This document shows positions 1 to 7,913 of a stretch of DNA of 32,000 bases, one piece after another; the first letter of the stretch is position 1, and each line of letters begins with the position of its first letter. Under the pieces are notes generated by a model, which was not told the origin of the DNA, did no database searches, and worked only from the letters and a program-made list of their open reading frames with translations. A program made the translations under genes and the position numbers. The DNA is from Delftia acidovorans NBRC 14950 (GTDB lineage: Bacteria > Pseudomonadota > Gammaproteobacteria > Burkholderiales > Burkholderiaceae_C): assembly GCF_001598795.1 (NCBI RefSeq), contig NZ_BCZP01000007.1, positions 270,001-302,000 on the forward strand, read 5' to 3'.

Positions 1-188
1 ATGGACAAGGGCATGTCCTTGTCGATGACGAAGCTGGTGTCCACCACCTTGGCGTCCTCGCCAGCCCCCACCTTGCCGGCCAGTGCCGCTTTGGCAAGGC
101 CCGTGCCTATGGATGCAGCCACTTCGGCCACGGTGACCGGGCCGGGGTACTCACGTTGCGAACCATCGGGAAGCGTAATGTGGATCAT
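1..188 (-). CDS. thrS: threonine--tRNA ligase, first 62 codons only (gene runs off the left edge)
   Basis: Minus-strand translation from the ATG at 188-186 gives [40 protein letters not shown].... This is the conserved TGS-domain N-terminus of ThrRS (compare E. coli [14 protein letters not shown]...). AGGA lies 7 nt upstream. The ORF is absent from the supplied track because the window edge truncates it. Confidence 0.85.
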   Translation of the reverse strand, partial: MIHITLPDGSQREYPGPVTVAEVAASIGTGLAKAALAGKVGAGEDAKVVDTSFVIDKDMPLS

Positions 189-227
189 GGGATTCCTAAA
201 ATATTTCTCAGGGGGCGCGCATCCCCC

Positions 228-259
228 AAAAGCAAAAAGCGCGGAGCCAGGTCCGCGCT
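228..259 (-). terminator. intrinsic terminator hairpin inside the thrS 5' leader (candidate attenuator 3:4 structure)
   Basis: The minus strand reads AGCGCGGA-CCUGGC-UCCGCGCU: a perfect 8-bp GC-rich stem (259-252 / 245-238) with a 6-nt loop, followed by UUUUUGCUUUU. It ends about 40 nt upstream of the thrS ATG. Confidence 0.7.
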
Positions 260-304
260 TTCTTGGGGTCGAGTGAATCTCGTGCAGGCGCGAACCGCCA
301 GCCG

Positions 305-352
305 CTAGCGGCCGGTGTACATCTCCGATGTAGTTCGCGGTGTCATAACCAT
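305..352 (-). promoter_or_regulatory. candidate thrS leader peptide ORF (15 codons, [15 protein letters not shown])
   Basis: Minus strand: ATG GTT ATG ACA CCG CGA ACT ACA TCG GAG ATG TAC ACC GGC CGC TAG. Four of the 15 codons are Thr, including a tandem ACT-ACA. GAAAGG lies 4 nt upstream of the first ATG. The ORF overlaps segment 1 of the alternative pairings described in the findings. Confidence 0.45.
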
Positions 353-414
353 GATGCCTTTCTCGCCCTTGTCAGTTGTTGTCAATTGAAAACTTCCGCC
401 ATTTTAACCCCAGC

Positions 415-453
415 AAAGAAAAAGCGCCCGAAGCACAAGGCCCCGGACGCTTT
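415..453 (-). terminator. rho-independent terminator of aceA
   Basis: Minus strand: GCGUCCGGGG...CUUCGGGCGC stem of about 10 bp (with G-U pairs), followed by UUUUUCUUU. It starts about 45 nt after the aceA stop. Confidence 0.7.
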
Positions 454-496
454 CTCACCCCTATCTACCTGAAGTTGCACTCACCGAAGCCGCGCT

Positions 497-1828
<1,332 letters not shown>

Positions 1829-1893
1829 GTTGCTCTCCTGGGAGGTGGTTGAAACAAGCGGCCTTCTTGCGTCGGCCTTGGGATCAAATTTAA

Positions 1894-1907
1894 GTCTTAT
1901 AGAAGAC
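1894..1907. promoter_or_regulatory. palindromic operator-like site GTCTT-ATAG-AAGAC upstream of aceA
   Basis: Perfect 5-bp inverted arms with a 4-bp spacer, 66 bp upstream of the aceA start. A second copy lies 30 bp away. Confidence 0.45.
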
Positions 1908-1923
1908 CTCATCAACATCTTGT

Positions 1924-1937
1924 GTCTTATACAAGAC
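1924..1937. promoter_or_regulatory. second copy of the palindrome, GTCTT-ATAC-AAGAC
   Basis: Same arms as the site at 1894-1907. Centre-to-centre spacing is 30 bp, about three helical turns. Confidence 0.45.
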
Positions 1938-2190
1938 TAAATTTTTCATCATATAAATCAACGAGTTATTTTCATATTTTTCAATATGAAATCACATTTC
2001 TCGTATTGAGAAAAATTGGCGCAATGCAGCATTTCAATATTTCACAATGCAAAACATGAATTCCATGCCATGAAAAGTCACCACAGCATGGCAAGCGTCC
2101 GCGACAGGCACATGTCACGCACACCGGACGCGCTCACAGGTACCATCGCGCGTTCAGGCGGCGCTCCCGCCTCTCAAACCAGCACTTGCC

Positions 2191-3132
2191 GTGAACACCT
2201 CCCATCGCAGATCTGCCTATGCCTGCCTGGCGCTGAGCATGTCCCTGGTCGGCAGCTATGTCGCCCTCTCCAAGCCTCTGGCGGCCATTTTTCCGGTGCT
2301 GCTGCTGGCCTGGCTGCGCTTTGGCATCGGGGCCATCGCCATGCTGCGCTGGCTGCGCAAGCCGGCGGACGAGGCACCCCTGTCTCGGCGCACGCAGGGC
2401 CTGCTGTTTCTTGAGTCGCTGTTCGGCAACTTTCTCTTCACCATCTGCATGGTGACTGGAGTGAGCCTGACAAGCGCCGTCACGGCCGGCGTGACCATGG
2501 CTGCCATCCCTGCTGCCGTGGCCTTGATGAGCTGGCTGTTTCTGCGCGAGCGCGTGGCTGCGCGCACCTGGCTGGCCATTGCGCTGGCCGTGGCGGGCAT
2601 CGGCCTGTATGCACTGTCCCGCCCCGCCGCCTCGGCAGCATCAGTCTCACCGCAGGCGTGGCTGGGGCAGATGCTGCTGGTCGGTGCCGTGCTTTGCGAG
2701 GCGTTCTACGCCGTCATCGGCAAGCGCCTGACCACGTCCCTGGGGCCCAAGCGCATCACATCCATCGTCAATCTCTGGGGATTTGCGCTGTCTACGCCCT
2801 TCGGGCTGTATCTGGCGTGGCGCTTCGACTTCGGCAGCGTGGCATGGAGCATCTGGGGTCTGTTGCTGTTCTACGCTCTTGCCGCCTGCGTGTGGACCGT
2901 GTGGTTGTGGATGACAGGCTTGCGCAACGTGCCAGCCTCCCAGGCCGGCACCTTTACGGTACTGCTGCCGATCAGCGCTGCCGTGGTCGGCATGTGCGTA
3001 CTGGGCGAACGGGTCACATCCATGCAGGCGCTGGCCTTTGCGATCGCCCTGCTGGGCATTCTCGTGGCCACCTGGCCGGGCAGAAAACGCCTTGCACAAC
3101 ACCCTTCCGCGAGCGGTGCCAGCTCCTTCTGA
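2191..3132 (+). CDS. DMT-superfamily (EamA/RhaT-like) permease
   Basis: 313 aa with a GTG start. About 10 hydrophobic helices in two EamA-like halves (LALSMSLVGSYVALSK..., LLPISAAVVGMCVLGERV...). Confidence 0.8.
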   Translation: MNTSHRRSAYACLALSMSLVGSYVALSKPLAAIFPVLLLAWLRFGIGAIAMLRWLRKPADEAPLSRRTQGLLFLESLFGNFLFTICMVTGVSLTSAVTAGVTMAAIPAAVALMSWLFLRERVAARTWLAIALAVAGIGLYALSRPAASAASVSPQAWLGQMLLVGAVLCEAFYAVIGKRLTTSLGPKRITSIVNLWGFALSTPFGLYLAWRFDFGSVAWSIWGLLLFYALAACVWTVWLWMTGLRNVPASQAGTFTVLLPISAAVVGMCVLGERVTSMQALAFAIALLGILVATWPGRKRLAQHPSASGASSF

Positions 3133-3348
3133 AAACGCCGCCGCCGACGGCCAACCTGCCAGTGCGGCCCTCGAAAGCGAGCCAGAATGCAAAAACTCCT
3201 CAAAAAACAGCGCCACAGCAACAAATCGAGGCAAAAATTTGACGGGTAAGCTTGGAAGAGCGTTTTTTTCCCATTAGCATCAGCCTGCCAGTGGATAGCG
3301 ACGGTTTTTCGCTGGTAAAGAATCCACTCCATACTAGGAACAAGCAAC

Positions 3349-3648
3349 ATGGCAACTGCAAAGAAGGCAACGGCTGCTCCGGCAGCTCCCGCAAAGAAGC
3401 GCACTCCCAACGCCGCCTTCATGAAACCCCTCACCCCCAGCCCCGCTCTGGCTGCCGTGGTGGGTTCCACTCCCCTGCCCCGCACCGAGATCATCAGCAA
3501 GCTGTGGGTCTACATCAAGGCCAACAAGCTGCAAGACGCTGCCAACAAGCGCATGATCAACGCCGACGCGAAGCTCAAGGAAGTGTTCGGCAAGCCCCAA
3601 GTCTCGATGTTCGAGATGGCTGGCCTGATCGGCAAGCACGTCAAGTAA
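3349..3648 (+). CDS. SWIB/MDM2 domain-containing protein
   Basis: 99 aa. A basic Ala/Lys-rich N-terminus is followed by LTPSPALAAVVGSTPLPRTEIISKLWVYIKANKLQD...INADAKLKEVFGK, the typical bacterial SWIB domain. AGGAA lies 8 nt upstream and a terminator follows. Confidence 0.85.
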   Translation: MATAKKATAAPAAPAKKRTPNAAFMKPLTPSPALAAVVGSTPLPRTEIISKLWVYIKANKLQDAANKRMINADAKLKEVFGKPQVSMFEMAGLIGKHVK

Positions 3649-3674
3649 TCCTCGGGCCTGCGCCACGACGGATG

Positions 3675-3707
3675 AAAGCCGGCCCCTGGGCCGGCTTTTC
3701 TTTTTTC
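3675..3707 (+). terminator. rho-independent terminator after the SWIB gene
   Basis: AAAGCCGGCC-CCTG-GGCCGGCTTT hairpin followed by TTTTCTTTTTT. Confidence 0.8.
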
Positions 3708-3765
3708 CGGGTTGCCATCTCCTCTTCTTGCCGGAGATGCTGCACACCGACAACATTCCAATGCC

Positions 3766-4893
3766 ATGAGTCAAGTGCCCGCGCTGCAAGCCGTTCCCGA
3801 CGGCATCATCAATCTGGCCGACCACGAGGCGCATGCGCGGCAGCGGATGGACGACAACGCCTGGGCCTATTTCTCGGGCGGCGCGGCCGATGAGCGCAGT
3901 CTTGCGGCCAACCGCAGCGCCTGGGACGCGCTCACACTGTGGCCGCGCGTGCTCCGCCCCCTTGCAGGCGGCCATACCCGGCTTCAGTTGCTGGGCAGGG
4001 AGCTGGCCTGCCCGCTGCTGGTGGCACCCATGGCCTTCCAGCGCATGGCCCATGCGGACGCAGAGCTTGCAACGGCCTATGCCGCAGCGGCGCTGGGGGC
4101 GGGCATGGTGCTCAGCACACAGGCCAGCCTGCCGCTGGAGACAGTGGCACAGGCAGCACGGCTCACGCCTGGCCATGGCCCTTTGTGGTTCCAACTCTAT
4201 CTGCAGCATGACCGTGGCTTCACCACGCAACTGATCAAGCGCGCAGAGGCCGCAGGCTACGAAGCGCTGGTGCTGACGGTGGACGCGCCCACCAGCGGTG
4301 TGCGGGACCGTGAACGCCGCGCGCGCTTTTGTCTTCCGCCGGGAGTGTCTGCCGTCAATCTTCAGGGGATGGCGCCACTTGCAGCCATGCAACTCGCACC
4401 AGGCCAGAGCCCCCTGTTCGACGGCCTTTTGCACCATGCACCTACCTGGGATGACGTCGCCTGGCTGCAGCAGCAGACACGGCTGCCGCTGCTGCTCAAG
4501 GGAGTGCTCCACCCGGCCGATGCGCTGCAGGCCGCGAGATTGGGAGTGGCGGGCATCATCGTCTCCAACCATGGAGGGCGCACGCTGGACACCGCTCCGG
4601 CAACCGCAACAGCCCTTGCCCGCGTGGCCAGGGCCGTGCGCGGCGCGGGCCATGAGCTCCCCTTGCTGGCCGACGGGGGCATACGGCGCGGCACAGACGT
4701 GCTCAAGGCGATCGCCCTCGGTGCGACGGCGGTTCTGATAGGCCGCCCCGTACTCTGGGGGCTGGCCAATGCGGGCGCCGCCGGCGTGGCCCATGTGCTC
4801 AGGTTGCTGCGCGATGAACTGGAGATCGCCATGGCGCTGACAGGGTGTGCCACCCTAGCCCAGGCCACTGGGGAACTACTGGATACCGAGTAA
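3766..4893 (+). CDS. FMN-dependent alpha-hydroxy-acid oxidase/dehydrogenase (glycolate oxidase / L-lactate dehydrogenase family)
   Basis: Family motifs are present: AWAYFSGGAADE, PLLVAPMAFQ, FQLY, LTVDAP, SNHGGRTLD and LADGGIRRGTDVLKA. I place the start at the ATG at 3766 (MSQVPAL...). The substrate cannot be assigned from sequence. Confidence 0.85.
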   Translation: MSQVPALQAVPDGIINLADHEAHARQRMDDNAWAYFSGGAADERSLAANRSAWDALTLWPRVLRPLAGGHTRLQLLGRELACPLLVAPMAFQRMAHADAELATAYAAAALGAGMVLSTQASLPLETVAQAARLTPGHGPLWFQLYLQHDRGFTTQLIKRAEAAGYEALVLTVDAPTSGVRDRERRARFCLPPGVSAVNLQGMAPLAAMQLAPGQSPLFDGLLHHAPTWDDVAWLQQQTRLPLLLKGVLHPADALQAARLGVAGIIVSNHGGRTLDTAPATATALARVARAVRGAGHELPLLADGGIRRGTDVLKAIALGATAVLIGRPVLWGLANAGAAGVAHVLRLLRDELEIAMALTGCATLAQATGELLDTE

Positions 4894-4929
4894 AGCCGAG
4901 CACCATACATCCCTACAGACAACCAAGAA

Positions 4930-4959
4930 TTGCAAATGCGATGAATTCTCATTTATAAT
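4930..4959 (+). promoter_or_regulatory. sigma70-type promoter of bfd (-35 TTGCAA, 18-bp spacer, -10 TATAAT)
   Basis: TTGCAA at 4930-4935 and TATAAT at 4954-4959, in an AT-rich island about 40 bp upstream of bfd. The spacer holds an ATGA-N4-TCAT dyad, which is only a weak match to a Fur box. Confidence 0.5.
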
Positions 4960-4999
4960 TTTTCATCCTATCAATAGCCAGCCACTACTGCCTGTAGCC

Positions 5000-5272
5000 A
5001 TGATCGTCTGTGTATGCCGCCGGGTTTCCGACCGTGAGATCGCACGCCACGCTCATGCGGGCATGAGCTTTGACGAGATCCAATTCGAATTGGGTATCGC
5101 CATGCAGTGCGGCCGCTGCGAGAGCTGCGCCCGGGATGTGGTGGCGCAATGCTGCGCCAGCCAGCCCGTGGCGGCCATCCACAACGAGGTCGCGGCCCAG
5201 ACCGTCCAGCTTGCCAACAACATTCTGGAGAGCAAAGCATGGTCCTCCTCTCAGCACTTGTCGGCAGCCTGA
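5000..5272 (+). CDS. bfd: bacterioferritin-associated ferredoxin, (2Fe-2S)-binding
   Basis: MIVCVCRRVSDREI...MQCGRCESC shows the Bfd C-x-C...C-x2-C cysteine pattern. Its position directly upstream of tonB-exbB-exbD is typical. Confidence 0.85.
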   Translation: MIVCVCRRVSDREIARHAHAGMSFDEIQFELGIAMQCGRCESCARDVVAQCCASQPVAAIHNEVAAQTVQLANNILESKAWSSSQHLSAA

Positions 5273-5373
5273 TCCTCGTCGTTACATGCACCTGGTGGAT
5301 TCTGCGCAGCTGATACTCCGTCTTCCGAGCGACAGCACCCGGCTCCCATACGCTGACCGCTCCTTCTGTCTCT

Positions 5374-6075
5374 ATGTCCCAGTCTGATCGTTTTGGCCCC
5401 CCCGGGGGCCTTGGCCGTAACGTGGCCATCGCGGGTTCGGTCGTGGTCTTGCATGCAGCAACCCTTTGGGCGATGCAGCATGGACTGCTCCAGCGCGCAC
5501 CCGAAGAGGTCATCGTGCCAGCCCAGGTGATTGCGGAATTCATTTCGCCACCCGCTCCCGAGCCCGAGGCACCCAAGCCTCCTCCTCCGCCGCCACCTCC
5601 CAAACCCCAGCCGGTCGTGAAGAAGGCACCGCCGCTGCCCAAGGCCATTGCCGACCCCAAGCCCGCACCTGCGGCGCCGCGCGGCACGCTGGACGACGAG
5701 CCCAAGCCCGTGGTGGAAGCACCACCGGCACCACCCGCCCCTCCTGCGCCGCCAGCGCCTCCCGCCCCCCCGGCACCACCGGCTCCGCCCAAGATCGAAT
5801 TGCCGTCCAACAACGCGGCCTACCTCAACAACCCGGCCCCCAACTACCCCGCCATCAGCAGGCGCATGGGGGAACAGGGAACGGTCACGCTGCGCATCTT
5901 CGTGGACGCGCAAGGCCTGCCTCAAAAGATCGAGGTCAGCAAATCCAGCGGCTACGACCGTCTGGACCAGCAGGCCGTGGACGGCGTCAAGAACTGGAAA
6001 TTCGTCCCCGGCAAGAGCAACGGCACGCCAACCCCCATGTGGGTCACCGTCCCGGTCAAATTCACCCTCAATTGA
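5374..6075 (+). CDS. tonB: energy transducer TonB
   Basis: N-terminal membrane anchor, Pro-rich spacer (PKPPPPPPPPKPQP, then (APP)x7), and a C-terminal TonB domain (YPAISRRMGEQGTVTLRIFVDAQG...). Confidence 0.92.
   Translation: MSQSDRFGPPGGLGRNVAIAGSVVVLHAATLWAMQHGLLQRAPEEVIVPAQVIAEFISPPAPEPEAPKPPPPPPPPKPQPVVKKAPPLPKAIADPKPAPAAPRGTLDDEPKPVVEAPPAPPAPPAPPAPPAPPAPPAPPKIELPSNNAAYLNNPAPNYPAISRRMGEQGTVTLRIFVDAQGLPQKIEVSKSSGYDRLDQQAVDGVKNWKFVPGKSNGTPTPMWVTVPVKFTLN
5719..5781 (+). repeat. seven tandem 9-bp units encoding (Ala-Pro-Pro)7 within tonB
   Basis: GCA CCA CCG / GCA CCA CCC / GCC CCT CCT / GCG CCG CCA / GCG CCT CCC / GCC CCC CCG / GCA CCA CCG. The repeat is in frame and synonymous-diverged. 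Confidence 0.9.
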
Positions 6076-6090
6076 TTCTCAGGAGTATCC

Positions 6091-6813
6091 ATGGATTCCC
6101 AATTCGGCATTGCCCACGTCTGGACGCAGGGAGACTTCGTCACCCGTGCCGTCGCCATCATCCTGCTGGCCATGTCGGTGGCCTCTTGGCTCGTGATGAT
6201 CATCAAGGCCCTGGACATCGTGAAGTTCAAGAAGCTGGCGCGCAACGCCCAGGACTTCTGGCACAGCCCCGACCTGGCCAGCGGCCTGGAAAAGCTGGGC
6301 GATGACCGCTCCAACCCCTTCCGCTACCTGGTGCTCGAAGGCCGCGAAGCCACCGCCCACCACCGCAAGACCAGCGCCCACCTGCATGACACGCTGGACA
6401 TCAGCGACTGGGTGACCCGCTGCATGCGCAACGGCATCAGCGAATTCACCGCCCGCCTGCAATCGGGCCTGGCCATTCTGGCTTCCGTGGGCTCGACCGC
6501 CCCCTTCATCGGCCTGTTCGGCACCGTCTGGGGCATCTACCACGCGCTGGTCGCCATCGGCCTGTCCGGCCAGTCCTCGATCGACAAGGTCGCGGGCCCC
6601 ATCGGTGAAGCGCTGATCATGACCGCCCTGGGCCTGGCCGTGGCGATTCCCGCCGTGCTCGGCTACAACGCCGTGGTGCGTGGCAACAAGTCCATCCTCA
6701 ACGCCCTCAACAGCTTTGCCCACGACATGCACGCCTACTTCGTGACCGGCGCCCGCGTGTCCATCGACGGCAAGGAAGCCGGCAACGTGCTGCCGCTGAA
6801 GAAAGGCGCGTAA
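6091..6813 (+). CDS. exbB: MotA/TolQ/ExbB proton-channel protein
   Basis: 240 aa of the ExbB family (ILASVGSTAPFIGLFGTVWGI...). AGGAG lies 6 nt upstream. It sits between tonB and exbD. Confidence 0.92.
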   Translation: MDSQFGIAHVWTQGDFVTRAVAIILLAMSVASWLVMIIKALDIVKFKKLARNAQDFWHSPDLASGLEKLGDDRSNPFRYLVLEGREATAHHRKTSAHLHDTLDISDWVTRCMRNGISEFTARLQSGLAILASVGSTAPFIGLFGTVWGIYHALVAIGLSGQSSIDKVAGPIGEALIMTALGLAVAIPAVLGYNAVVRGNKSILNALNSFAHDMHAYFVTGARVSIDGKEAGNVLPLKKGA

Positions 6814-6816
6814 GCC

Positions 6817-7230
6817 ATGGCATTCGGAACAATGGACGATGACGGCGAAGAGGTGATGAACGAGATCAACATGACGCCGCTGGTCGACGTCATGCTGGTG
6901 CTCCTGATCATCTTCATCATCACCGTGCCGGTGATGAAGCATTCGGTGAACGTGGACCTGCCCCGCGCCACCAACCAGCCCGAGGACGTCAAGCCCGCTA
7001 CCGTGCGCCTGGCCGTCTCCGCCGATGGCCAGTACCACTGGAATGGCGTTGCCGTCAGCGATACGCAGTTCGAGGAGAACCTCAAGGCCGAGGCGGCCAA
7101 GGAGCCGCAACCTGACCTGCACATCCAGGGTGACAAGGAAGTCCGCTACGAGCGCGTGGCCCAGGCCATGGCTGCCGCACAGCGTGCAGGCGTGCGCAAG
7201 ATCGGCTTCGTGACGGACCCGGCCAAGTAG
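6817..7230 (+). CDS. exbD: biopolymer transport protein ExbD/TolR
   Basis: 137 aa. INMTPLVDVMLVLLIIFIIT is the ExbD transmembrane motif. The gene starts 4 nt after the exbB stop. Confidence 0.92.
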   Translation: MAFGTMDDDGEEVMNEINMTPLVDVMLVLLIIFIITVPVMKHSVNVDLPRATNQPEDVKPATVRLAVSADGQYHWNGVAVSDTQFEENLKAEAAKEPQPDLHIQGDKEVRYERVAQAMAAAQRAGVRKIGFVTDPAK

Positions 7231-7266
7231 GCCGTGGCAGGCATTCCTTGCCTGGCGATCAACGAC

Positions 7267-7296
7267 AACGGCCCTTCGGGGCCGTTTTTCATTTTC
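7267..7296 (+). terminator. rho-independent terminator after exbD
   Basis: ACGGCCC-TTCG-GGGCCGT hairpin followed by TTTTTCATTTTC. Confidence 0.8.
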
Positions 7297-7380
7297 TTCG
7301 CGTTGGCAGTGCATCGAGTCGCAGGGATAGGACTGGTCCCAGAAACCACAATGCGAGTAAGTCTCACTTGATTTTCAATT

Positions 7381-7399
7381 GAGAATTGTTATCATTCAC
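7381..7399. promoter_or_regulatory. Fur box upstream of hemP
   Basis: GAGAATTGTTATCATTCAC matches the 19-bp consensus GATAATGATAATCATTATC at 13 of 19 positions by hand alignment. It lies in an AT-rich stretch 32 bp upstream of the hemP ATG. Confidence 0.6.
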
Positions 7400-7430
7400 A
7401 AAACTTTCCAATTTTTGAGGAATTCCCTGC

Positions 7431-7652
7431 ATGTCTGCCACTTCCGCCGCCACCTCGCATCTGTCCGGCAACTCCAACGCCCAGGCCTTTGCAGCGCTGC
7501 AGGCCGCAGCATCTGCAGCCCTGACCGGGGCCGCCAGCGGACTCGACAGCACCTTGCTGCTCAATGGACAAAAGGCTGTGACCATCGTGCACAACGGCAC
7601 GCCCTACCGCCTGCAGGCCACAAAGCTGGGCAAGCTCATCCTGACCAAATAA
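7431..7652 (+). CDS. hemP: hemin uptake protein HemP
   Basis: 73 aa. The C-terminus ...VTIVHNGTPYRLQATKLGKLILTK is the HemP-family signature. GAGGA lies 10 nt upstream and a Fur box is nearby. Confidence 0.8.
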   Translation: MSATSAATSHLSGNSNAQAFAALQAAASAALTGAASGLDSTLLLNGQKAVTIVHNGTPYRLQATKLGKLILTK

Positions 7653-7660
7653 ACAAGATT

Positions 7661-7700
7661 CCGGCCGTCGTCGGATGCCCGACCGGCGGCTTCTTCGTTT
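7661..7700 (+). terminator. imperfect GC-rich hairpin plus T-rich tail after hemP
   Basis: CCGGCCGTCGTCGG-ATGC-CCGACCGGCGGC (bulged) followed by TTCTTCGTTT. Confidence 0.45.
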
Positions 7701-7815
7701 CATCGTGGGGCGACCTTGGGACTTCCAGTCTCAGAGGTCGATTAGCCAGCCAACAAAATCTCCGGATTTTGCGTAGCCAAGCATTTTTTCCCCGCGCTGC
7801 AGCGCAGATTGACCA

Positions 7816-7855
7816 AAGAAAAAGCCCCTGTCCATCGGCACAGGGGCTTTTTCTT
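7816..7855. terminator. bidirectional rho-independent terminator
   Basis: AAAGAAAAAGCCCCTG-TCCATCGGCA-CAGGGGCTTTTTCTT. There is an A-tract on one side and a T-tract on the other. It lies just downstream of the minus-strand GlcG-like gene. Confidence 0.8.
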
Positions 7856-7913
7856 GGTTGCATGGATCAGTCCCCAGGGACCGATTCAGGCAGCATGGGT
7901 GCACCAGGGGCTA

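Noticed and set aside
1-276. 91-aa plus-strand ORF at the left edge
   Set aside because: It is antisense to a clear ThrRS N-terminus on the minus strand. The product is Ala/Ser/Pro/Thr-rich with no recognisable family. It is an artefact of GC-rich antisense DNA.
1829-1918. 30-codon N-terminal extension of the aceA ORF ([30 protein letters not shown])
   Set aside because: The ATG at 1828 has an AGGAG ribosome-binding site and gives a normal-length isocitrate lyase of about 443 aa. The extension runs into the AT-rich promoter and operator region.
4933-4959. Fur box at the bfd promoter
   Set aside because: My best hand alignments to GATAATGATAATCATTATC give about 9/19 matches. Only an ATGA-N4-TCAT dyad is present. 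I kept it as a weak possibility inside the promoter feature and did not call it a Fur box.
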